Positions 18,034-26,003 of a stretch of DNA of 36,520 nucleotides are shown here, in pieces. Origin of the DNA: a virus (Duplodnaviria; Caudoviricetes); the IMG/VR virus record IMGVR_UViG_3300027690_000146, positions 1-36,520 of that record. One strand, given 5' to 3'. Made by a program: the position numbers and the translations under genes. Each line of letters opens with the position of its first letter. The first letter of the stretch is position 1. A model generated the notes under the pieces. That model did no database searches, was not told the origin of the DNA, and saw only the letters and a program-made list of their open reading frames with translations.

Positions 18034-19621
18034 CAGCACCTCCTCCGGCCGGCACCTGGCCGCTGACGGCCAGGCGCCCCCAGGTCTCCGCGGAAAAGCG
18101 GGCATTGCCCAGCAACTCCGCCAGCTCCGTCACATCCAGCTCCGGGTAGAGGACCAGGACGCGCTCCGCCAGCTCCTCCAGGCTGTCCGCCGCTTCCGCC
18201 TCCCGGAGGATGGCTTCCACGATTTTCTGGAGGATCAGGTCCGCCGCTGAGGCGGAGGTGTCCACCAGCTCCTCAATGGCTTGCTGCTCCGGGGTCCAGC
18301 AATCCCCGCCGGCGGCAAATTCCGCGCCGGCTTCCGCCTCCTTACTGGTGACCGGCAGGGCATCCGCCGGCGGCTCCCCCGCCGGCCGGCCGGCCGCCTG
18401 GCCGTCATCACCGGCCGCCGCCTGGTCCACCTCAAATTCCTCCTCCGGGATGTTGTAAATCCTGGAATAGTATTTTTTGCCAAACCGGACACCCTGCTCT
18501 GCCAGGGCCTTGTCCCGCTCCGCCCGCTCCGTTTGGAGGGCTTCCTCCTCCTGCCACCGGAAGAATGGCCGGACCACATCCGGGAAATTCAGGTCACAGG
18601 CCCAGTCAATAAGACGATTGAAAGCGCCGGCCACCAGCTTTTTGTCCCGCTCCACCAGGTCACCCCGGACCTCCATATGAGTCTCACTGGCCGCGTATGC
18701 TCCGCCTTTGCTGCTCATCTCTGTGGTCAGGGTCTGGCCCAGGACCGCCTTGCTGATTTCCGCATTGCACACGTCCACCAGGCGCTCATAAAGCTCCGCG
18801 CTGGCGCCCCGGCTGGCGTCTGAAATGATTTCCACACTGGAGTCATCCGGGATGACGGCCACCCCGTCCTGGACCATCTCCTCCATCCCATCCAGCAGGT
18901 CATTCCGCTCCGAATCGGGGGCGCCGCGGGGATGCTTGCCAATCACCCAGGGCATCCCGTATTTTTCCGTGAAGGCCACCCAGAATTTCAGTCCGCCTTT
19001 TTTGAAAGCCACCGGCCAGAAGCACCGGGAGAGCACCCGCTGACCATACGGGTTCTGGTAACTGGCCCGGCTCCGCACCAGCAGGAATTTATACGGCGGG
19101 AGCAATTCCCCCTCCACCATGTTCTCCTTGGTCAGGAAGCGGAGATTGTTTTCCTGGTCAAAGCCAAACCATTCCTGAGGCTTTCCCTTGAGGGTGGCCG
19201 GAATCCAGCGCCCTTCCGCCTTCTCCCAGATGACCTCCAGGGGCGCAAAGCCCAGGAGCACCGCCTCCAGCATCTCCTCCTGGATGGCCTCCATATCAAA
19301 GCCCTCAAAGAATTCCCGCGCCCAGTCCGCTGCCCGCCGGGCCTTGCGGGAGCTTTCGCCCTCCTCAATGTCCCACTCATTGGCGGTGACGCCGGACATC
19401 CGGCTCTGGACGGTGGAATCCACATGGGCGTCTGTCAATAGCTCCCGGTAAATGGTGATATCCTGGCCCTTTTTGCGGAGCACCGGGTCCGGGTCCGGGA
19501 GAATAAGGCCCCAGGAGGTCAGATTCCAGGCCCGTTCCCTGGTGGCCAGCTCCTTCCCGAGGGCTTTTTTATCGGCCACCTCTACAAATTGCCGGTCATT
19601 CACCCAGATTTTTTTGGGCAT
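18020..19621 (-). CDS. portal protein (Mu gp29 / DUF935)
   Basis: 'LPDPDPVL', 'NPYG..VL..CFW', 'F.EKYGMP', 'EISKAVLGQTLT', 'ETHMEVR.D'. Confidence 0.93.
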   Translation of the reverse strand: MPKKIWVNDRQFVEVADKKALGKELATRERAWNLTSWGLILPDPDPVLRKKGQDITIYRELLTDAHVDSTVQSRMSGVTANEWDIEEGESSRKARRAADWAREFFEGFDMEAIQEEMLEAVLLGFAPLEVIWEKAEGRWIPATLKGKPQEWFGFDQENNLRFLTKENMVEGELLPPYKFLLVRSRASYQNPYGQRVLSRCFWPVAFKKGGLKFWVAFTEKYGMPWVIGKHPRGAPDSERNDLLDGMEEMVQDGVAVIPDDSSVEIISDASRGASAELYERLVDVCNAEISKAVLGQTLTTEMSSKGGAYAASETHMEVRGDLVERDKKLVAGAFNRLIDWACDLNFPDVVRPFFRWQEEEALQTERAERDKALAEQGVRFGKKYYSRIYNIPEEEFEVDQAAAGDDGQAAGRPAGEPPADALPVTSKEAEAGAEFAAGGDCWTPEQQAIEELVDTSASAADLILQKIVEAILREAEAADSLEELAERVLVLYPELDVTELAELLGNARFSAETWGRLAVSGQVPAGGGAGGGA

Positions 19622-21102
19622 CAGTATCCCTCTGTTATGGCGTGGGCCTGGCGCCGGCGCCGGCTGGCCACCCGCACCGGGCCGCCTGCCTCACTCTTTG
19701 CGGCATACACCGCCAGGGCGCCGGCAATGGCCGCGTCCCCATGCCGTTTCCGCTTGTCCTTCTTGTCCTTCTTGCGGTTCCCCGCCTGGTCTCCGGCGGG
19801 GCTGTCCGGCACCTTGGGCACCCCCCGGACCATTTCAATGGCCCGGTAGTCCGCCAGGATCTCCGCGTCCTTGGGAATCGTAAAGTCCCGGTCCTCAATG
19901 ACCGCCTTGAGCTTGGGCATATTCTCCACATACCAGGACGGGGTCAGCATCACCGGCTGGATGATGCGCCCATATTTCTGGAGCACCACCTCCGCCAGAT
20001 AGCTCCCATTCCCGCGGGCGTCCAGGGCGGCCCCGTAAAAGCGCCGGAGATTGTCTGCCACAAAGAAAAATATCTGGGCTTGCTGTTCATGGGGCACATT
20101 GAAAAGCTCCAGGGTGAAAGGCGCCCGGAGCCTCAGATTGGGCATCTGGATCACGGGTTGAATGACGGTCAGGTTGCCGGAGCGGCCAAAATCCTCCCCG
20201 ATATACACCGGCAAATCCGGCATGGCCGCCAGGATGGGGAGGAGCTTGTCCTCACAGAAATCAAAGGTTTTATATTCCCGTTCCAGCTTGGGCGCCAGAG
20301 TGAATTCATCATTGCATTCCCACCGGATGACGGGGATGCTTTCGTCCATGCAAGCCTCAATGAGGAGGCGGGACAGATAGCGCCCGCCGGAGGCCCGCGG
20401 GATGAGGAAAAGCTCCTCATCCGCGTCCTCCCCGTATGTGTCAATGATGCCTTGACGCCAGGCCAGCTCCGCCTCCCGGCTCCAGGGCTGGCCCTTCCGC
20501 TGACAGATGCGCTCAAAAAGGCCCTCCGCCAGGGCATCATCCAGGCTGGTCCGGTGGAGGGAATAGGGCTTCTTCCCGGCGCGGACATCCTGGATCAGCT
20601 CATTAAACGGGTTTAAATCCCCGTTATGGGTGGAGATGATCCGCACCTTGCCGCCCCACATCAGGAAGGCCATGGCCGCCTTGAGCACCTGGCCCAGGCT
20701 GTCCAGGAAAGCCGCCTCATCAATAACGGCAATACCCTGCTTGGAGCGGAGATTCCGCGGGGCGGAGCTGAGTGCCTCCACTCGGTGGCCGGAATTGTAA
20801 TGGATGCGGAAAACCTGAATGTCCCGGTCCTCATCCTGGAAAACATCCTCCTCCACCGTGGAGGCGGCCAGGCTGTAAATTCTGGACCACTCCGCCACGT
20901 CATCAATGAATTGCCGTGTCATGTCCCGGTCATAACTGGTATAAAATGCATCCATTCCCTTCTTGCCGGCGGCCGTCAGGGCGCAATCACAAGCCTCCAC
21001 CCAGGAGGCGCCAACACGGCGCGATTTCTCCCAGATTTTGACGTCCGCTTTGTCCGCCATCCAGGACACTTGATAGGGGAGTAAAAGGCCGTCCTTATTC
21101 AA
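19621..21102 (-). CDS. terminase large subunit (Mu gp28-like)
   Basis: 'LLPYQ..W', 'EKSRRVGASW', 'VIDEAAF', 'ISTHNG..NPFN', 'GEDFGRSG', 'DARGNG', 'RHGDAAIA'; start placed at TTG 21102 (ORF open to 21129). Confidence 0.93.
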   Translation of the reverse strand: MNKDGLLLPYQVSWMADKADVKIWEKSRRVGASWVEACDCALTAAGKKGMDAFYTSYDRDMTRQFIDDVAEWSRIYSLAASTVEEDVFQDEDRDIQVFRIHYNSGHRVEALSSAPRNLRSKQGIAVIDEAAFLDSLGQVLKAAMAFLMWGGKVRIISTHNGDLNPFNELIQDVRAGKKPYSLHRTSLDDALAEGLFERICQRKGQPWSREAELAWRQGIIDTYGEDADEELFLIPRASGGRYLSRLLIEACMDESIPVIRWECNDEFTLAPKLEREYKTFDFCEDKLLPILAAMPDLPVYIGEDFGRSGNLTVIQPVIQMPNLRLRAPFTLELFNVPHEQQAQIFFFVADNLRRFYGAALDARGNGSYLAEVVLQKYGRIIQPVMLTPSWYVENMPKLKAVIEDRDFTIPKDAEILADYRAIEMVRGVPKVPDSPAGDQAGNRKKDKKDKRKRHGDAAIAGALAVYAAKSEAGGPVRVASRRRRQAHAITEGY

Positions 21103-21502
21103 TGCCCAGCACCTTCCGCTTGATTTCATCTATGGTCTCCGGGGTCAGGCCAGCCGCCCGCTCCCTGGCCGCTTCCCGCTCCTCAATTTCCTTGAGCCGT
21201 TCCGCGGCACCCGGCTTCATCACCGCCTCCAGCCGGGCCAGGGCATAAATCACCTGCGGGTCCGTGGTCTCCAGGGCTTTCATCAGGAGCTTGCGCTTGA
21301 TTTGCTGCATCAGCTCCCGGTCACTCTCCTCTGAGGTGTAAAAGGCTTCCCGCTTGACCGCCCAACCATGCTCCGCGCACCACCGTTGCAAGGTCCGCTC
21401 TGACACCTCCCCGTCCAGCTCCATGGCGATTTCCGCCAGGCTCAGGCCATCCACCACAAATTTCACCTTAGCGATTTGATAGAGCGCCCTTTTCTTGCTC
21501 AT
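21095..21502 (-). CDS. terminase small subunit (Mu gp27-like)
   Basis: N-terminal HTH 'VSERTLQRW...GW', C-terminal 'GLTPETIDEIKRKVLGI'; precedes large terminase. Confidence 0.8.
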   Translation of the reverse strand: MSKKRALYQIAKVKFVVDGLSLAEIAMELDGEVSERTLQRWCAEHGWAVKREAFYTSEESDRELMQQIKRKLLMKALETTDPQVIYALARLEAVMKPGAAERLKEIEEREAARERAAGLTPETIDEIKRKVLGIE

Positions 21503-21506
21503 GGCG

Positions 21507-21767
21507 TCATCCGTCCAGGGCCTTTTCCAGCTCCTGGATTTCTGCCCGGATTTCCTCCGCCCGCCGGCGCTTGGTCACCAGCTCCGTCATCTGGGCGTGG
21601 GCGGTCTCCAGGTCCTCCAGCCGGATAATGAGAAAAGGCGTCATCCCATCCACCACGTCATTGATGGCCAGGAGGTCTCCCCGCGCTGAAATTTTCAGGG
21701 TCTCCAGCTCCCCCTTGAGCTGGGCCAGCCGGCCCCGTGCTCTCATGATGTTCCCTTTCAGAGTCAT
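21507..21767 (-). CDS. hypothetical coiled-coil protein
   Basis: 86 aa, ATGA-coupled, SD GAGGAGG. Confidence 0.65.
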   Translation of the reverse strand: MTLKGNIMRARGRLAQLKGELETLKISARGDLLAINDVVDGMTPFLIIRLEDLETAHAQMTELVTKRRRAEEIRAEIQELEKALDG

Positions 21768-22168
21768 CTACCCTCCTCGTTTGCAATGTCCGCCTTTTTG
21801 GCCAGGTCAGCCAGGGGGCAAGCGGAGAAGCCATGGCCATGATTTCTTACCAGGTTCTCCAGGTGACGCTTGATATTGGCCACGGACTCCAATGTCTGAC
21901 CGTTCACAAAAGCCGCTGTGTATATAGCGGTGGTGGCCTCTGAGGTTTTCTTTTCGTAACCGGCGGCGATGTCGGTAACTTTCTCCACCAGCTTTTTCAA
22001 GTCATCCTTCTCCGCCCGCTCTTTCCACCAAAGGAAAACCAGAACTCCTATCGGGCCAAATGCCTTGAACACCTCAAAAACTATGCTCAGGTCTCCCAGC
22101 TCCGTCAGCAGGTAAAAAGGCGGGTGGCCCGCCATGAGCAAGCCACCCGTCAGCATTAGCTCTACCAT
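21764..22168 (-). CDS. hypothetical membrane protein (holin-like)
   Basis: Hydrophobic 'FGPIGVLVFLWWK' followed by coiled coil; start uncertain. Confidence 0.55.
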   Translation of the reverse strand: MVELMLTGGLLMAGHPPFYLLTELGDLSIVFEVFKAFGPIGVLVFLWWKERAEKDDLKKLVEKVTDIAAGYEKKTSEATTAIYTAAFVNGQTLESVANIKRHLENLVRNHGHGFSACPLADLAKKADIANEEGR

Positions 22169-22180
22169 GCCGGCCTCCGC

Positions 22181-22387
22181 CTACTTCCCGCCGCCGGCCG
22201 GGCGGTGGGCCTTCCTCCGCTCCTCAAAGGCGTCCTCCGCGGAGCGGTCCAGGTAATACTTGCTGACATCCACCGTCACCCGCGGCTGGCGATTCTGCAC
22301 CGCGCCGGAGATGGCCGCCGCCAGAATCTGGACCAGCTCCAGGGCGTCCACCAGGTCAATGTCAAAAAAGCTTTTGTTGCCCATCAT
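22181..22387 (-). CDS. hypothetical protein
   Basis: 68 aa, ATGA-coupled with SD AGGAGG. Confidence 0.6.
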   Translation of the reverse strand: MMGNKSFFDIDLVDALELVQILAAAISGAVQNRQPRVTVDVSKYYLDRSAEDAFEERRKAHRPAGGGK

Positions 22388-22854
22388 TGCACCTCCTGAA
22401 TCAGCCTCAGATTTTCCTCCAGGGTGGTCCGCTCGGGCGCCTTTGATTTCCAGGCATCAATGAGGTCCATGGTCCGGGCCAGCACCCCGGCGAATTCTGC
22501 CAGGGCCAGGCTGAGCCCCCGCTGGTAGGCGGGCGCCTGATCCGGGAAATCACGGTATTTCTGCATCAGGTCCAGGGCTTTAACCAGCTCGTTATGGGTG
22601 GCCCTGTATCTCTCATCCACCGCTGTCCATTCCGTCCACAATGGGGAATGATCCACCCCCGGATGCTCCGCCAGCCAGGCCAGCTCCTCATCCGCCATCT
22701 GGTCCTGGATTTTGGGCCAGGCCATGGCGGAGGACTCCAGGACGGTCTGGGCATTCAGGATGAGGACATCCAGCTTGCTCTGGTCATCACAGGCGCTGAG
22801 CACCAGCAGCGCCGGAACAAGGGCCACAAGGACCAATACTTTCAAACGCTTCAT
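22384..22854 (-). CDS. lipoprotein in lysis cassette
   Basis: MKRLK + hydrophobic stretch + lipobox LSA-C; SD AGGAG. Confidence 0.75.
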   Translation of the reverse strand: MKRLKVLVLVALVPALLVLSACDDQSKLDVLILNAQTVLESSAMAWPKIQDQMADEELAWLAEHPGVDHSPLWTEWTAVDERYRATHNELVKALDLMQKYRDFPDQAPAYQRGLSLALAEFAGVLARTMDLIDAWKSKAPERTTLEENLRLIQEVQ

Positions 22855-22938
22855 GAGCTTCTCTCCTGTCTTGAAATTTCCCACCATCCCACCCCCGCCG
22901 CCCGCGGCCCCAGGCTTTCTCCGCCGGGCAAAGCAGAA

Positions 22939-23700
22939 TTATTCTTTGCGGACCAGGCGCCCGGCTTGGGGAATCCAGACCTCCCCGGTGGCGTCTGTAT
23001 GCAAATAATCAAAGCGGACAGGGGCGTCCGCCTCCAAAAGAATGGGGCCGATAAACCAGGTGATTTCCGGGATGTCATGAAAGAAAAAAGCCGCGCACCC
23101 ATGCGCCGGCAGGGTAATGGTCCGGGTCATGACCGGGGTGCCATCCTCTTGGTAGAAGGTCATCTTTACGTCCACCGGCCGGCCCAGGTGATTGCCCAGG
23201 GCCATGGAAGTGAACCAATCCGCCAGGTAGACAGCGCGGGGCACAAGGTCCCAGTATTCATAAGCAATGACAAAATCAAAAGGGGCCGCATCCACCACCT
23301 GGCCGTCCGCCCAAAGCTCAATCCAGCCACAATATTCACCGGGGGCCAGGGTCTCCTGGAGTGGGAGGTCAATGGTGCGGTCACAGCCTTTGATTTCATC
23401 CGCAAAAAAGATGTCGCACCAGTCTTTGGTCTGGCGGCCCACCGCCACTTGCCAGCCTTCACAATTGGAAGGCGGGTGGGGCTGGTCACCGCGATTGATG
23501 ACCAGGCGGAGGGCCGGGCCATCCATGGTCTGAATCTGGCGGGCCGTCACGTTCATTTCAGCATTGACGGACACCCAGAATAGGCCCAGCAGGAAAATGG
23601 CCAGCAGGGCGAACCAGACCACCAGGTGGCGGGTGGAGGAGCGCTCCGCGCTCTCCCCGCTTCTTTTCATGTTCCTCGCTGACCGCTGATATTCATTCAT
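22939..23700 (-). CDS. membrane-anchored/secreted beta-sandwich protein
   Basis: Start placed at ATG 23700 (SD GGAGG); TM 'LVVWFALLAIFLLGLFWVSV'; beta-rich C-terminal domains. Confidence 0.65.
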   Translation of the reverse strand: MNEYQRSARNMKRSGESAERSSTRHLVVWFALLAIFLLGLFWVSVNAEMNVTARQIQTMDGPALRLVINRGDQPHPPSNCEGWQVAVGRQTKDWCDIFFADEIKGCDRTIDLPLQETLAPGEYCGWIELWADGQVVDAAPFDFVIAYEYWDLVPRAVYLADWFTSMALGNHLGRPVDVKMTFYQEDGTPVMTRTITLPAHGCAAFFFHDIPEITWFIGPILLEADAPVRFDYLHTDATGEVWIPQAGRLVRKE

Positions 23701-24196
23701 GGTTTTCCTCCCTGTCCCGCCGGATAGCATCCTCCAGCGCCGGCCAGCGGGCGCACCCGGCAAAGTGTAAATCCCAGTAATTTCCCTGCCAAAAGGCCTG
23801 GCGGACAAATCCGGTGGAGCGCCCCGCCTGCCAGAAGTGGAGGGCGTCCCCGTCCATGAGGCCGACATGGCCAAAGGGCCGGCCGACGGAAAAGGTCCAC
23901 CACACAAAATCAAAACGGTGGGCCGCGGAATATGGGTGAAGGGCACCGTGGCAAAGAATGAATCTCATCTGGCGGGAGGTCATCCGCGGGAAGGGCAGGC
24001 CAGCCCGCTTGAAAACGTAATGCATGGCCCCGGAGCAATCGGCTCCGGCGGCATCCTCCGCACCCCAGACATACGGGGTGCCCATAAAAAGCTCCACCTC
24101 CCGGAGGAGGCGGTCCTCAATGGTCTCCCCGCCGGCCAGGGCCAGGCTGGCCAGGACCAGGGCGGCAATGAGGGCGGCCCACATTCCGCGCCTCAT
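23693..24196 (-). CDS. NlpC/P60 cell-wall peptidase (putative endolysin) with signal peptide
   Basis: 'GTPYVWG...DCSG' catalytic Cys, 'GHVG' His; N-terminal signal ending ALA. Confidence 0.9.
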   Translation of the reverse strand: MRRGMWAALIAALVLASLALAGGETIEDRLLREVELFMGTPYVWGAEDAAGADCSGAMHYVFKRAGLPFPRMTSRQMRFILCHGALHPYSAAHRFDFVWWTFSVGRPFGHVGLMDGDALHFWQAGRSTGFVRQAFWQGNYWDLHFAGCARWPALEDAIRRDREENHE

Positions 24197-24396
24197 TGGC
24201 GGAGCACCAGGGCCAGGGCCACGGCAAAGGCGCCAATCATGACGGCCACCGCCATATTGCCCTTCGTCAGCTCATCCCAGAAGTCCATCCGTGTGGCGCG
24301 ATTGCCCACCCAGAGGGCGCCGAACAGGATCAGCACCATCAGGAGACCATTGGCCAGGTTGGTCAGGATATACATCCAGAGTCCATCCAGATTCAT
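24193..24396 (-). CDS. DUF350-like two-TM membrane protein (putative holin)
   Basis: 'FWDELTKGNMAVAVMIGA' motif between two hydrophobic helices; first gene of late operon. Confidence 0.65.
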   Translation of the reverse strand: MNLDGLWMYILTNLANGLLMVLILFGALWVGNRATRMDFWDELTKGNMAVAVMIGAFAVALALVLRQ

Positions 24397-24418
24397 TCAG
24401 CCCTCCCCATATAGCGGA

Positions 24419-24442
24419 CCGGCCAGGCGGCCGGGCTTTTTT
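24419..24442 (+). terminator. intrinsic terminator-like hairpin, antisense to late operon
   Basis: CCGGCC-AGGC-GGCCGG followed by GCTTTTTT. Confidence 0.45.
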
Positions 24443-24453
24443 GCAGGTAAGAA

Positions 24454-24556
24454 GGCGGGAGGCTCTGGCGATAGGTAAGGAGGTCACGGTCATGGCGCCG
24501 CGGGCAAGGGGCAAACCCGCGTGATTGCCGCCCGCTCAATCAATAAGCCTCCCGCC
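24454..24556. promoter_or_regulatory. multi-stem structured leader upstream of lysis genes
   Basis: 11-bp closing stem GGCGGGAGGCT/AGCCTCCCGCC enclosing hairpins CGCGGG/CCCGCG and TGATTG/CAATCA. Confidence 0.5.
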
Positions 24557-24744
24557 GGATTGAAACGGGTAGCTTTACAATAGGATTATGAAGGAAATGG
24601 AGGATTCAAATGCGTCTAATGCAGCAAAAAAGTAGTTATTCTCATAATCGTTTCTACCATAAACGAATTTATACCGATTACAGTATGAGCCAAATACTGA
24701 GTACCATTAAATTTAAAATCTGTAGACGCAGCGGCCGATTACTC

Positions 24745-24773
24745 TTTGATTCGTGCATCAAAAGAGTTATAAT
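24745..24773 (+). promoter_or_regulatory. sigma70-type promoter of moron
   Basis: Perfect TATAAT at 24768-24773, TTGATT-like -35 16-17 bp upstream, overlapped by imperfect inverted repeat ACTCTTTGAT..ATCAAAAGAGT. Confidence 0.55.
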
Positions 24774-24852
24774 GTGCATAATTTCATGGAATTGCTTGTG
24801 AAATCAGATTGATCATCGACTTAGAGCAATATTCTGTTGGGGGTGAAGACTA

Positions 24853-25536
24853 ATGGATGAGCTTTTCGTGGTTTTTGTTGTTATTCTTCTGCCTGGTATC
24901 TTTGCAGTCCTAATTACTGATTTGATCACCGTACATTCCAAATGGGGTGCCTTCGAAATTGGTTTGTATTCTCTGATTCTTGGCATCTCGGCTTATGCCT
25001 TGTTACAATTGGTCTATTGGCTTGTTGATCTCATTATCTTTATCTTTATTTCAGGATCATTAAACTGGTCTCAACTTAAAATTTGGGAGGTGGCTCTCAA
25101 CAAAGGAAAAGGTCTTCAAGGATCAGAAGTCGTTTGGGCAACTTTTCTTACTGTGCCTGTGGCCCTTGCTGCGTCTTGGTTGGTTAACTATAAAATAATA
25201 AACAAGATAACTCAATACCTCAAGCTTACAAACAAATTTGGAGATGAAAACCTATATTCATATTATTTGAATGCCAAGGAAATTGACTGGGTGTATGTGC
25301 GCGAACGAGAAGCGAACCTCACATACCAAGGAAGGATAATGGCACTTTCAGAAAATGAGAATATGCAAGAACTCGTCCTGATAGAAGTTTCAGTCTTTCG
25401 CTACGAAGATTCAGAACATCTCTATGATGTTCCGAGCCTCTATTTATCTCGATCCCTGGGATCGCTCACAATTGAAGCAATACCATTAGACCTATTGAAG
25501 GAGAAGAATGATGAGCAAGAAGAGACCATTGAATGA
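24853..25536 (+). CDS. DUF6338-like multi-pass membrane protein (moron)
   Basis: 'ILLPG' N-terminal motif, about 3 TM helices, soluble 'WVYVR...YQG.I' C-terminal domain; low GC. Confidence 0.65.
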   Translation: MDELFVVFVVILLPGIFAVLITDLITVHSKWGAFEIGLYSLILGISAYALLQLVYWLVDLIIFIFISGSLNWSQLKIWEVALNKGKGLQGSEVVWATFLTVPVALAASWLVNYKIINKITQYLKLTNKFGDENLYSYYLNAKEIDWVYVREREANLTYQGRIMALSENENMQELVLIEVSVFRYEDSEHLYDVPSLYLSRSLGSLTIEAIPLDLLKEKNDEQEETIE

Positions 25537-25669
25537 AGGGCTAACTCGGGTTGTCCAGAAAGGATATAACAAACCGACTGGTCAGTCAGGGCTTCGACCG
25601 AGCAAGCCCCCTCCAGCACCCAAGCCATCATCTGAGAGTCCAAAGAAATCTTCGGATAGTCAAAGTTGA
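25508..25669 (+). CDS. 53 aa Pro/Ser/Lys-rich peptide (not in ORF track)
   Basis: SD AAGGAG at 25498-25503; MMSKKRPLNEGLTRVVQKGYNKPTGQSGLRPSKPPPAPKPSSESPKKSSDSQS; overlaps end of upstream gene. Confidence 0.55.
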   Translation: MMSKKRPLNEGLTRVVQKGYNKPTGQSGLRPSKPPPAPKPSSESPKKSSDSQS

Positions 25670-26003
25670 AGCATTAAGTTCCTTCGGCAGATAGCTAATA
25701 GCCATGTCCCTGCCTTCAGATACCATGGGCGTGACAGCCCTCAATGATGATTTTATTCGCTCTTTCTGCGAAATCTTGCAAATCTGTGAATATTTTTTCA
25801 TAACTGAGATTGTCAGACCAACACAAATGATTCAACTAACTATGACTGTTCTGAAATTTGGTGAGAAGAATATGAATTCACAGGTTGTATCTTAAGAAAT
25901 CATAAGATTAAGTTGCAAATTGCAACACCATAGCAGTGATTCGCTCCGATAAGGAATCTGCCAATTAAGAGATTCATAACTACTGCTTGATAGGAGAACA
26001 TTG

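Noticed and set aside
20603-20617. 15-nt inverted copy of the TTAAACGGGTTTAAA motif from 16015-16029
   Set aside because: Encodes the conserved terminase LNPFN peptide, so coincidence is plausible
1797-23583. Many long + strand ORFs (e.g. 1797-3014, 10340-11482, 12886-14205, 19642-20616, 22594-23583)
   Set aside because: Antisense shadows of GC-rich - strand phage genes; no recognisable motifs
25704-25926. 63 aa ORF and GTTGCAA-A-TTGCAAC palindrome upstream of the R-M gene as a controller (C) protein and C-box
   Set aside because: ORF has no HTH or clear SD; a single palindrome is insufficient evidence
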